The notes under the pieces were generated by a model. The model ran no database searches. It saw nothing but the letters and a program-made list of their open reading frames with translations, and was not told the origin of the DNA. From a virus (lineage: Duplodnaviria > Heunggongvirae > Uroviricota > Caudoviricetes): DNA of 26,446 nucleotides. The stretch lies in the IMG/VR virus record IMGVR_UViG_3300003097_000006, one strand, 5' to 3'. A program made the translations under genes and the position numbers. The first letter of the stretch is position 1. Each line of letters opens with the position of its first letter. Below, piece by piece: positions 1 through 7,865 of the stretch.

Positions 1-37
1 GTAACCATTACACATCAATCCTTTAAGGTACTAAATC

Positions 38-169
38 ATGAACGATTACAGACTTCCTTCCGGTAAAAGCAAAGATTTTTGGGAACGAAAATCTGAGTCT
101 CGTAAAGAGAGTAAGATTAACAAGAAGAAGGAAGATAAGAACCAATGGACTCCATACCGGAGTTGGTAA
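38..169 (+). CDS. small basic hypothetical protein (43 aa), not in ORF track
   Basis: Hand translation MNDYRLPSGKSKDFWERKSESRKESKINKKKEDKNQWTPYRSW. Upstream TAAGGTA matches the RBS before ORF 218. Followed by a terminator. Confidence 0.55.
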   Translation: MNDYRLPSGKSKDFWERKSESRKESKINKKKEDKNQWTPYRSW

Positions 170-176
170 TTAAATT

Positions 177-203
177 AGGCTCCCTCGTGGAGCCTTTCTT
201 TTT
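177..203 (+). terminator. Rho-independent terminator
   Basis: AGGCTCC-ctcgt-GGAGCCT 7-bp stem followed by TTCTTTTT. Confidence 0.75.
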
Positions 204-217
204 ATTAAGGTATACGA

Positions 218-646
218 ATGTCTAAGAAACGATTTTTCAAGAAGAGAGAACCATCACTCAAAGGTACTGGATATGATTCCTACCTGGAGAAGCATGTACA
301 TCAAAATCTTCTGCCAAATTCAAGATTCCACAACAAGGAAGACAAGGTGTCATACACCGTGACTCATACTTACGAGCCTGACTTCGTTGTTGAGAAAGAT
401 GGTAAGACTTTCTATGTTGAAACTAAAGGAAGGTTTAGAGACTCCACAGAAGCAAGGAAATACTTGTTCATAAGAGAGTTTTTACCAGAGAATGCAGAGT
501 TAGTATTCGTCTGGGAGAAATCCAATGTAGCTTTTCCTTTTGCTAAAAAGAGGAAAGATGGCACAAAGGCCACCCACGAAGAGTGGGCTAATAAAAACGG
601 ATTCAGGAACTGGGTTCAAACAAACTTTAGAGAGGAAGTTCTATGA
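218..646 (+). CDS. T7 endonuclease I-like PD-(D/E)XK nuclease / Holliday junction resolvase
   Basis: YEPDF...VETKGRF catalytic signature typical of the T7 gp3 family; 142 aa; RBS TAAGGT. Confidence 0.8.
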   Translation: MSKKRFFKKREPSLKGTGYDSYLEKHVHQNLLPNSRFHNKEDKVSYTVTHTYEPDFVVEKDGKTFYVETKGRFRDSTEARKYLFIREFLPENAELVFVWEKSNVAFPFAKKRKDGTKATHEEWANKNGFRNWVQTNFREEVL

Positions 647-1056
647 TGATTGCTATCAAGGATTGGGTAAAACAGGTAGGACTTGGGGCAGGTATAGTAG
701 CTGTTCTCAGTCTTTTTCCAATAGGCTATTTTTATGGTGTTAGTTCTGAGAAAGCTGAGGCAGGTAAGAGGTATACTGAAGGTTTGGAACAATTAGTGAA
801 GAACTATGGTAGCACTCAGACTCTGCTTAACTCAATAGCTCAAAGTCAGCAACTAACATTGTCACTGATAAACGCCAAACAAAGCGGGGTTAGGGAAGGT
901 GTTAATGAATACAATAAGACTCCTCAGTCTTCCACTGTTGGTCTTGATGATAAGTGGGTGCAACTCTACAACGAATCTATCAACACAACTGAGTCTAGAA
1001 CCGGAATCAAGGTTGATGGTAAGAGCGGAACCAAGAAAGAAACTTCAAACCGGTAA
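643..1056 (+). CDS. Rz: i-spanin (Rz-like)
   Basis: Single N-terminal TM segment (VGLGAGIVAVLSLFPIGYFYGV) then a helical periplasmic domain; overlaps a lipoprotein ORF at its 3' end. Confidence 0.75.
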   Translation: MMIAIKDWVKQVGLGAGIVAVLSLFPIGYFYGVSSEKAEAGKRYTEGLEQLVKNYGSTQTLLNSIAQSQQLTLSLINAKQSGVREGVNEYNKTPQSSTVGLDDKWVQLYNESINTTESRTGIKVDGKSGTKKETSNR

Positions 1057-1177
1057 AGGTAATGGAGTTCAACTTTCTGTTATCACTGAAAACAACATGA
1101 TTTGTGAAAGAGAGATTAATAAACTCACTGATTTACAAGATTGGGTTTCAGTGTTGAAACATGTTCCAAAGGATTAA
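899..1177 (+). CDS. Rz1: o-spanin (Rz1-like lipoprotein)
   Basis: Signal peptide with lipobox ISG-C; overlaps Rz in another frame. Start is GTG 899 or ATG 905 (GGAAGG upstream). Confidence 0.75.
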   Translation: MLMNTIRLLSLPLLVLMISGCNSTTNLSTQLSLEPESRLMVRAEPRKKLQTGKGNGVQLSVITENNMICEREINKLTDLQDWVSVLKHVPKD

Positions 1178-1210
1178 GAGAAAGGGGATTAATTTCCCCT
1201 TTTCTTTTAT
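1178..1210. terminator. probable bidirectional terminator at the convergent + / - junction
   Basis: AAAGGGGA-ttaatt-TCCCCTTT inverted repeat with A/G-rich left and T-rich right flanks, between convergent stops at 1177 and 1272. Confidence 0.7.
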
Positions 1211-1271
1211 ACAGTGTAAGATAATAAGAAAACCAATATTTAGTTCCCTTTATTATATGTGGATTTACTGT

Positions 1272-1562
1272 TTACTTTTTAGCCACGTAAATAGTCTTTT
1301 TAATCTCTTTTGGAACTACTTCGAAGTACTGAGGGTCAGCATATTCCCAATCAGTGAAGTAACTACCAGAACGACCAATGACTACTGAACAGAATACAGT
1401 CTTTTCTTTATCAGCGAAGATTGATTCTTGATACTCATACTTCCCTTCATTAATCCAATCACCTTCTTCGATGAGAATAACATCGTCGTCTTTATCTACT
1501 TCAACGCAATCGTATTCATCATAGGTGTTTTTCAGGAATTCTTCAAGCTGTTCGTAATTCAT
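1272..1562 (-). CDS. hypothetical acidic phage protein (RSGSYFTDWEY motif)
   Basis: ORF track 1272..1607; likely start ATG 1562 (MNYEQ). Motif recalled from conserved phage hypotheticals. Confidence 0.65.
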   Translation of the reverse strand: MNYEQLEEFLKNTYDEYDCVEVDKDDDVILIEEGDWINEGKYEYQESIFADKEKTVFCSVVIGRSGSYFTDWEYADPQYFEVVPKEIKKTIYVAKK

Positions 1563-2298
1563 AAGATTTAATCCATTCTTCAATTGTTGGAGGAGAAACT
1601 TTCTCAATTGCAGCTCTCATTATAGCTGCTCTGTGTAATTTGTCCTGAATCTCAGGAACTTTGACTCTGGTTTTAGGAACCATAATCGAAACATAAGAAC
1701 TGTCTGCCGAAGCAAACGGATATTGACTCAAGGCACGAACATCCAAAGCCCTCAAACCATGAATCTTAACATCAAACTTGTTCTTAATGTAGATGAAGTC
1801 AAATACCTCATCCATACGCTCACGCCAAGCCTTAGAACGGATTGATTTGTGCTTACCCATACAACCTATGGCAACTCTATCAAAACGCTCACAAAGCCTT
1901 CCTAGGCGCTCTAATGAGCCCTCACTATGCCAAACTGGAACTGCCTTACTGATTATTTCTTCTGGGACTTTTGAGAGGAGTTCGTCGTTTTCCTCATCAG
2001 AGCCACCAATAACATCAGGGACAATAAACCAGCTGATACGACTAAAAAGAGAGCTAACCCAGCTATAATACTTAGACCAGTGCTTGTCCCAATCAACAAT
2101 TTCACCCTTCCTTGTGGATTTCATCCAAACAGAGAAAGCACCATTGTCAAGAACAAGTTCACAATCTAATTGAACAATCCTTTTGATTTGGTCTGGTCGG
2201 TGAAAAGAAACCAAGGCTCCACCTCCACGGTAGAGCGCTTTGATTAACTCATCACCTTCACCGCCCCAAATTGGACCCCCGTGAAAGTGTACTGTCAA
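1543..2298 (-). CDS. TGT/DpdA-like TIM-barrel protein (putative base-exchange enzyme)
   Basis: LDNGAFS, PDVIGG, VPVWH, RVAIG, IHGLR and PFASADSS motifs follow the order seen in tRNA-guanine-transglycosylase-fold proteins. TTG start with GAGGAG RBS. Confidence 0.6.
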   Translation of the reverse strand: MTVHFHGGPIWGGEGDELIKALYRGGGALVSFHRPDQIKRIVQLDCELVLDNGAFSVWMKSTRKGEIVDWDKHWSKYYSWVSSLFSRISWFIVPDVIGGSDEENDELLSKVPEEIISKAVPVWHSEGSLERLGRLCERFDRVAIGCMGKHKSIRSKAWRERMDEVFDFIYIKNKFDVKIHGLRALDVRALSQYPFASADSSYVSIMVPKTRVKVPEIQDKLHRAAIMRAAIEKVSPPTIEEWIKSYELRTA

Positions 2299-2495
2299 AA
2301 CGGTAACTCCTCAAGCTCTTTCTTGACTGCAATGGCTACTGCTTCGTCACAAGCTGGGCATGACCACATCTCACCATGCTTTGTTCCGTACCCACTTTCA
2401 GCAGCTATTACTGGAACCTTAGCACTACAAGTGCAGTTAACATATCCATCATCATCTACCTTAAATGGTAAATCTACAGCCTGTCTCTTAGCCAT
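2295..2495 (-). CDS. Zn-binding microprotein (CxC...CxxC) with acidic EELPF tail, 66 aa
   Basis: Track ORF 2295..2579; likely start ATG 2495 (MAKRQ) overlapping the upstream stop. Stop overlaps the TTG start of the next gene. Confidence 0.6.
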   Translation of the reverse strand: MAKRQAVDLPFKVDDDGYVNCTCSAKVPVIAAESGYGTKHGEMWSCPACDEAVAIAVKKELEELPF

Positions 2496-2757
2496 TGACC
2501 AATTCCTTCGCCTGTCGCTTAAATGTCTCCAGACCTTCCGTGTCGTCACAGTAGTAAAGCTCCGCTTCAATAAGTGCATAATGGATAACTTTCAGTAAAT
2601 CCTGAAGACCATTCTTATTCTTATGACGAAAAGCATACTTAATCATGTTACACTGTTGAAAGTCCAACTGAGGATTAGCATGATAAAACTGAATTGGCTG
2701 AATTGTGTTGGAACCTTGATAATGAGCCCCACCAACCATAGTATTTAAAGCACTCAA
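2488..2757 (-). CDS. DUF3310 family (T7 gp1.7-like nucleotide kinase domain)
   Basis: VGGAHY...IQPI...F...NMIKYAFR..KNG.QDL.K..HY signature. TTG start with GGAGG RBS. Confidence 0.8.
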   Translation of the reverse strand: MSALNTMVGGAHYQGSNTIQPIQFYHANPQLDFQQCNMIKYAFRHKNKNGLQDLLKVIHYALIEAELYYCDDTEGLETFKRQAKELVNG

Positions 2758-2921
2758 GCTTCAACCTCCATTGTTTCAATGTAATAGTTATGTTTATTAA
2801 TACCTAAAGACTCTGCTTTAGCTCTTGCACCCTCTTCTGTGTGGTGCAGACTACGTACCATGAAAGCATACTCGCCCTCAACAGATTCTTCTACCATTAA
2901 TGCGAAAACAACCTGAACCAT
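2754..2921 (-). CDS. microprotein, 55 aa (not in track)
   Basis: MVQVVFALMVEESVEGEYAFMVRSLHHTEEGARAKAESLGINKHNYYIETMEVEA; GAGGT RBS; stop overlaps next start. Confidence 0.7.
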   Translation of the reverse strand: MVQVVFALMVEESVEGEYAFMVRSLHHTEEGARAKAESLGINKHNYYIETMEVEA

Positions 2922-2925
2922 TATA

Positions 2926-3066
2926 TTACCTCAATGCCCAAGAGATGCCAAGTGCAAATTCTGTTTGTCTTAATTTCTTGTTAAGACGCCAAGCGTAAAT
3001 TGTTAATCCGAGGTTACAAACAAATGTAACCCCGAATAAGAACTGATAAACTTGTAACTCATTCAT
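2926..3066 (-). CDS. small membrane protein, 46 aa (not in track)
   Basis: MNELQVYQFLFGVTFVCNLGLTIYAWRLNKKLRQTEFALGISWALR; one hydrophobic helix followed by basic residues; GAAGG RBS. Confidence 0.65.
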   Translation of the reverse strand: MNELQVYQFLFGVTFVCNLGLTIYAWRLNKKLRQTEFALGISWALR

Positions 3067-3379
3067 AAGTAACCTTCAATCTCTTAATTTCAGTAACATT
3101 GGGACTCGGTCTTTCATACATCATGAAAGGCTCAGTCATTTGGAATTCATATATTTCACGACCAAATGGTAATTGGATAGGTTTTTCCAGTTTACGCTGG
3201 ATTATTGCCGTCTCCATTGGTCCGTTAAAGAGTTCTAACCAATCTTTAAGCCTTTCAATAACTTCCTGTTGAGCTTTGATACGGTGTTTCATCATCTCAT
3301 TATCAGCGGATAACTCAATGTTTTTAATCTTTAATTCACGATTCTCTTCGTAAACACCTCTTTCTGGATTAGTAAACAT
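3059..3379 (-). CDS. hypothetical protein with N-terminal coiled coil
   Basis: 106-aa ORF overlapping both neighbours; heptad-like NRELKIKNIELSADNEMMKHRIKAQQEVIERLK. Confidence 0.65.
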   Translation of the reverse strand: MFTNPERGVYEENRELKIKNIELSADNEMMKHRIKAQQEVIERLKDWLELFNGPMETAIIQRKLEKPIQLPFGREIYEFQMTEPFMMYERPSPNVTEIKRLKVTYE

Positions 3380-3713
3380 AGCAAGGTTTTCCTTTCTTCT
3401 TCATGCAATCAATCATGTGTTTCGTACCCTTAGACTCTCCATCCCAAAAGATGATTGCTTGGTCAGCATATAGAGCCATTTGAGCATTTCGAAGCATTCC
3501 AGCCTTCTTGCCATGAATGTGCCACTCAGGTATGAATCGTTTAATTGGAGCTTTGCAGCGACGTGCTACACACTCTCCATGCTGGTCTGGACCACGAGCA
3601 CCACCGGAAACGACCTCGGTAATAGATGCTCGTATCTCTTTGGGAATCTTATTCCACTGAACAACGAACTCTTCCCAACTGATATCTCGTGTTCCGGCGA
3701 TGATTGTTTTCAC
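3369..3713 (-). CDS. stand-alone SLOG-superfamily protein (YspA/DUF2493-like)
   Basis: IIAGTRD, VVSGGARGPD, AGMLRNAQM, FWDGESKGTKHMI motifs; GTG start. Confidence 0.85.
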   Translation of the reverse strand: MKTIIAGTRDISWEEFVVQWNKIPKEIRASITEVVSGGARGPDQHGECVARRCKAPIKRFIPEWHIHGKKAGMLRNAQMALYADQAIIFWDGESKGTKHMIDCMKKKGKPCYVY

Positions 3714-3886
3714 TCTTTAACACTCCAACTGATTACAAAATAATCATCTATCAACCCATCTTCTTTCATTTTATGACCAACAGATTCTGCTTTTTCTTCA
3801 GTTGAGAAAATATCTTCAATTTCAAAATCAGAATCTGGGTTAAGTAGATACGGCTTTTCACGAATCTCAAGTACCCAAACTTTCAT
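3710..3886 (-). CDS. microprotein (MKVWVL family)
   Basis: Track 3710..3895; ATG 3886 forms an ATGA overlap with the upstream stop. Confidence 0.7.
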   Translation of the reverse strand: MKVWVLEIREKPYLLNPDSDFEIEDIFSTEEKAESVGHKMKEDGLIDDYFVISWSVKE

Positions 3887-4053
3887 GATGGACAAATGAC
3901 CTCGTACTCTGTAATCCTAAAGTCAGAACATGCTGACACTTCAGCGTCATGCTCTGCCATTTCGAGCAATAGATATACACCCTGGAATTCCCAAGGCTCA
4001 AACTCATCAGTGAGTTCGTCGTAATCCATCGTCTCCAAGACGTAAACCTTCAT
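3883..4053 (-). CDS. microprotein, 56 aa (MKVYVL family; not in track)
   Basis: MKVYVLETMDYDELTDEFEPWEFQGVYLLLEMAEHDAEVSACSDFRITEYEVICPS; fills the gap exactly. Confidence 0.7.
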   Translation of the reverse strand: MKVYVLETMDYDELTDEFEPWEFQGVYLLLEMAEHDAEVSACSDFRITEYEVICPS

Positions 4054-4234
4054 TTGGGGCTCCTAAGACTGAGATTTCCATTACCTCATAATCTTGGTCT
4101 GGGTTATCTTTAACGTATTCCCGACCAACCCTGTCAGCATCTTCTATGTTCCAGAAGACACCTTTTAGCTGCCATTCAAACTCATTGTAAGCTGAGTAAG
4201 AATCAGCCGTTACTTGCAATACGGCTACCTTCAC
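4007..4234 (-). CDS. microprotein (MKVAVL family)
   Basis: 75-aa ORF, GTG start, similar pattern to the two downstream microproteins. Confidence 0.65.
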   Translation of the reverse strand: MKVAVLQVTADSYSAYNEFEWQLKGVFWNIEDADRVGREYVKDNPDQDYEVMEISVLGAPNEGLRLGDDGLRRTH

Positions 4235-4643
4235 AGGACACTCTCTTATATTTCAAAACCATTTCATATTGAGAAGTTGCTTTTGTATAAGCAATCCACT
4301 CAATTCCTTTGGAAATTGCCAACTCTTTAAGCCACTTGTAGCCACCCACAAGAGCACGTCTGTGCTCGTCTGTGGAGAACGCTACCAGAACACTAAGGCA
4401 ATGTCCTACGTGCATGTCATACTCTTCGTATATCGCCATAGAGGCCACTATATTTCGTTCATCGTCATAGACGACATACTCATATCGGTCTGTACTTTGG
4501 ATAATTCGTAAAGTAGTCTGGTAGAATTCAAAAGGACTGCGATGGTGGAACAAAGGTTGGCCATTGAATACCATTTGAGCAAAGCGAGGGGTGAACCCAT
4601 AGGTAGTTTGACCAGCGCTCAACTCAAGTTTTAATACATTCAT
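4203..4643 (-). CDS. GNAT-fold acetyltransferase-like protein
   Basis: YVVYD...IVASMAIY...DMHVGHCLSV...LAISKGIEWIAYT pattern resembles GNAT-like proteins recalled from phiKMV/KP34-type phages. ATG 4643 with AAGGA RBS. Confidence 0.5.
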   Translation of the reverse strand: MNVLKLELSAGQTTYGFTPRFAQMVFNGQPLFHHRSPFEFYQTTLRIIQSTDRYEYVVYDDERNIVASMAIYEEYDMHVGHCLSVLVAFSTDEHRRALVGGYKWLKELAISKGIEWIAYTKATSQYEMVLKYKRVSCEGSRIASNG

Positions 4644-4657
4644 GGCCAATTCCTTAA

Positions 4658-4867
4658 TTAATCACAAGATGGACTTGAGTAATCACAGCTAGGAGATGAG
4701 TCATAGCTGGGGCTTGAGTCATACTGGGAATAAATCCAAGGGTCATACGCTGGAGTTGATGCTGAACGAGCTTCATCTTCACGACGACGACGATAAGTTT
4801 CGTTACAGACTATCTGAGATTGACGAGTCTGGTGTACTGAACCACAATTAGAGCAACGATTAGTCAT
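4658..4867 (-). CDS. microprotein with N-terminal CxxC and SSPS(Y/C)D repeats
   Basis: Track 4658..4900; likely start ATG 4867 (MTNRCSNCG). Confidence 0.6.
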   Translation of the reverse strand: MTNRCSNCGSVHQTRQSQIVCNETYRRRREDEARSASTPAYDPWIYSQYDSSPSYDSSPSCDYSSPSCD

Positions 4868-5231
4868 TAGTTTTAGCCTCAATACGAGATAATTCACCAA
4901 GAGTAGGAGCTTGTGCCTGACCTACACTTGCATGTTGTGTTTGACCACCAATGGCAGTCGGTTGGTTATACCAATACTCTATTCCACCGGCTCCTGGGTT
5001 TCGCCAAGGGATTCCGCCACCGCCCGGGTAAGCAATACCCGAACCGGAACGACCTGGGCAAAAATGCGCACCTTGGATGTAGGAGCCGCACGTTGGGCAA
5101 GGTTGAGGCCCACGCGACGCACGAATAAACCGCTTAGCAGCGGCAAGAAGAACATCATAACCAACATCGGGCTGTAGGCCTTCAGCTACAGCAACAGCTC
5201 TTTCCAGAGCATCTAAGCTTGTGTTATTCAA
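4860..5231 (-). CDS. hypothetical protein, CxxC..C motif and Gly/Pro-rich tail
   Basis: Track 4860..5264; likely TTG start 5231 overlapping the ligase end, with AAGG RBS. Confidence 0.55.
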   Translation of the reverse strand: MNNTSLDALERAVAVAEGLQPDVGYDVLLAAAKRFIRASRGPQPCPTCGSYIQGAHFCPGRSGSGIAYPGGGGIPWRNPGAGGIEYWYNQPTAIGGQTQHASVGQAQAPTLGELSRIEAKTND

Positions 5232-6312
5232 TTGGGTTACCTTCCTTGTCACATTCACGGACATATAAACCTACTGGGAATTGAGGAAGCCCATCATTAG
5301 TCAGAGCTTGATACTTATAAGTAATCCATTTACCAATAAGTTTACGCTGCTCAGCAGCTAAACGCTCATCATGAGAACCCTTCATTTTGCACTTGAATTT
5401 CTTATTAACATCACCCTTCATGTGCAGTTTGAGGACTCCTTCCCCATTCAAATCTTCTTCAACATCTTCCACATATGCTTCAGCATCATTCATAAGCTTC
5501 CACTTCTGTAGGTGATGTGAGCGGTGATTATATTCATATACACCACGCAGATTACGAAGCATTAAACCTTCATAACCTTCATTCATAAACTTGGTGAGGA
5601 AGATACGAGCAGCTTCTTCACTGTTTACCGTAACGTTACCAACCACTTTCAGCGGAAGACGGCAAGCCTGTTTAACAGACTCAAGTAACGTCTCTTTACG
5701 TTCTTGCCAAGGGACACGCTGAACTGGTACGTCAAAAATATGAAACTCAAGTCGATGAGTATTCATATTTGGCTTCTTAACAGCACTTACAATGTCTTGA
5801 AGTGGAAGACCATGAATATACAATTCACCATCCAACTTGTCAACATGTGCTTTCTTAGAAACCAGAATTAATTCACGACGGATATGTTCAGGGCAGTCAT
5901 AAGTCTTACCACCACGAGAGTGGAGAGTTACTTCACCATCAACAATGCTTGCAATACAGCGTACACCATCGAGTTTAGGAGAAACATCGCAAGGAAAAAC
6001 GATACGATGAGACTGCTGAAGATAATTATGAGCAAGCATAGGAAGAGCTTCACCAACATTCCTTGCTTCTTCAATTGTCGGTCGGTAGCACTTGTCGAGT
6101 TGCTTTGCATACTTTGCTTCAGCTTCTCGGAGCGCTTGTTCATGGGGAGATGTCTCATTAGCTTTACCAATGTTCTTGCCCTTCACAGTAGTTTCTTTTG
6201 ACTGCATCTTGCCGCCAAACTTACCATGCCGAACAACGATAGTGGATTCAAGGACTTCAATAGTCCAATGTTTAACGCCACCATTCTTATCAACTGCAAA
6301 CAACTCTTTCAT
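5224..6312 (-). CDS. lig: ATP-dependent DNA ligase with N-terminal WGR-like domain
   Basis: Motif I KLDGVR, III LDGELY, IIIa FHIFD, IV EGLMLR, V QKWK; C-terminal OB fold. Confidence 0.92.
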   Translation of the reverse strand: MKELFAVDKNGGVKHWTIEVLESTIVVRHGKFGGKMQSKETTVKGKNIGKANETSPHEQALREAEAKYAKQLDKCYRPTIEEARNVGEALPMLAHNYLQQSHRIVFPCDVSPKLDGVRCIASIVDGEVTLHSRGGKTYDCPEHIRRELILVSKKAHVDKLDGELYIHGLPLQDIVSAVKKPNMNTHRLEFHIFDVPVQRVPWQERKETLLESVKQACRLPLKVVGNVTVNSEEAARIFLTKFMNEGYEGLMLRNLRGVYEYNHRSHHLQKWKLMNDAEAYVEDVEEDLNGEGVLKLHMKGDVNKKFKCKMKGSHDERLAAEQRKLIGKWITYKYQALTNDGLPQFPVGLYVRECDKEGNPIE

Positions 6313-6330
6313 CTTCTTTCCTTAGAGACG

Positions 6331-6351
6331 AAAAAGGCTCCCGAAGGAGCC
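6331..6351 (-). terminator. Rho-independent terminator with C(UUCG)G tetraloop
   Basis: Minus strand GGCTCC-TTCG-GGAGCC followed by TTTTT. Confidence 0.85.
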
Positions 6352-6359
6352 CTTTATAA

Positions 6360-6857
6360 TTACTTCAGACCTTTAGTTGCTTTCATTACGAGAGCAATAT
6401 TGGCAATTTGGGTTGGTGTTACATCCTCAAGGCCAAGTTCCTGGATAACCCGCAAAACATCCTTTGGGTCCAGTTCATCACCATCACCATCGTAAACAGC
6501 TTCTGCACCTTCAACCTGTGCATTATCACGAGGCTCAGCCAGAGCCGCTTCCTGAACCAAATTACCATCAGACAGTCCAGTAACATCTTCAATGTCAGAA
6601 CCATCCAGTCGGTCAAACTCGGTAGTATTAGCAACAGGGTCTCGTTCCTGAGCACCCTTGAACTCATAAACCTCAGAACCAGAAGCAGTCATTGCAGATT
6701 GGAATGAACGTTCTGTAACTTCTTCAATATCACCGCTGACCAGGTACAGTCGAACGTAATCTTTAGAAGGGCGTTCCATCTTCGTAATCAGTGACAGGTT
6801 CAGAAACACAGGTTCCGGATGGTTCACAGAGGTCAGTTGATACATCTTCAGGCTCAT
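6360..6857 (-). CDS. hypothetical protein (small beta-rich N-domain, acidic linker, C-terminal helices)
   Basis: 165-aa ORF with AAGGAAG RBS, ending just before the terminator; codon style typical of this genome. Confidence 0.75.
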   Translation of the reverse strand: MSLKMYQLTSVNHPEPVFLNLSLITKMERPSKDYVRLYLVSGDIEEVTERSFQSAMTASGSEVYEFKGAQERDPVANTTEFDRLDGSDIEDVTGLSDGNLVQEAALAEPRDNAQVEGAEAVYDGDGDELDPKDVLRVIQELGLEDVTPTQIANIALVMKATKGLK

Positions 6858-7674
6858 TAGCAGCTTCCTTACTTATAGAGTAATCCAACCAGTCCCAATT
6901 GAACAGGTTGTCGGGCGTCTGCCCTATATAAAGTAATCTTGCATTCTCAAGCATGATGTCTTCATGCTCATCACCGAATACAATTTCATATTGCGCTTTA
7001 ACAATGTCGTAGAGTTCTTGAACAGTTGTAGCATTTTCGAGTAACTTGATGGCTGTCTTCTCACCAACGCCTTTACGACGCATCATGAGTTTACCGCCCC
7101 ACATTGTCTCTTGCTTCTTACCACACCCAATAATATTATCTGTATTATCGCCGTGAAGCATTTGTTCAAAGAAGAATCTCTTAGATTCGAACTCATCCAC
7201 CCAATGTTTTTGTATTTCAGGCTGATTATCACCGCAAGCCCATCTGTAATGCCAACCGAAGCAAGTCCACATGTCTTTATCACGAGTAGCAATCAGTGTA
7301 TTTTCTGGGTCTTTACGCTGTTCAATGGCTAACCAATCATCAGCTTCCATACCGTCCACCACTACATGAGGGTGGTTCTTAATAATGTAATCCCCAACAG
7401 TTGCGTAATGGAAAGGCCGCTGTTCGTTAGGGTCTCGGTTCCCTTTGTAGGGTTCCTGTTTGGCGACTTCGTTTCGGAAGTTACCTTTACCGGAGAGAGC
7501 ACAAATGTACTCATCTCCTTTGTTAATCTTGAACACATGTTGAATGAGTTCTTCAACGAGCTTACAAATCTCACCCTCAGGTGCAGGAACATATTCCTTT
7601 TCGATGAATGGATGGGCTGCTTTAACAGAGCCAATCTGGTATCGAAGAATGTCGGCGTCAATTAAAATTCTCAT
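6763..7674 (-). CDS. 5'-3' exonuclease / RNase H (T7 gp6-like, FEN/PIN fold)
   Basis: IDAD, NFR, YKGNR, EADD, RDKD, GDNTDNIIG motifs. Confidence 0.9.
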   Translation of the reverse strand: MRILIDADILRYQIGSVKAAHPFIEKEYVPAPEGEICKLVEELIQHVFKINKGDEYICALSGKGNFRNEVAKQEPYKGNRDPNEQRPFHYATVGDYIIKNHPHVVVDGMEADDWLAIEQRKDPENTLIATRDKDMWTCFGWHYRWACGDNQPEIQKHWVDEFESKRFFFEQMLHGDNTDNIIGCGKKQETMWGGKLMMRRKGVGEKTAIKLLENATTVQELYDIVKAQYEIVFGDEHEDIMLENARLLYIGQTPDNLFNWDWLDYSISKEAANEPEDVSTDLCEPSGTCVSEPVTDYEDGTPF

Positions 7675-7856
7675 TGCTTCTCCAACTGGTCGAACTTAGC
7701 GGAAGCAGCTTTAAGAGCTTCAGCTTTGAACTTTGCAGTTGGAAGTGCAGATTCTCGTGCCTCAACAACTTGAGTCTCAATGTTAACAATGAGATACTCG
7801 TTGTCATAACGGTTCACGACGATTTTGTACATTCCGTTGTCGTATAAGCTATCCAT
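7671..7856 (-). CDS. hypothetical microprotein, 61 aa
   Basis: GGAG RBS; ATGA overlap with the exonuclease start. Confidence 0.7.
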   Translation of the reverse strand: MDSLYDNGMYKIVVNRYDNEYLIVNIETQVVEARESALPTAKFKAEALKAASAKFDQLEKQ

Positions 7857-7865
7857 GCTAACTCC

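Noticed and set aside
540-743. 67-aa ORF bridging the endonuclease and i-spanin genes
   Set aside because: It overlaps two supported genes entirely and has no motif or clear RBS.
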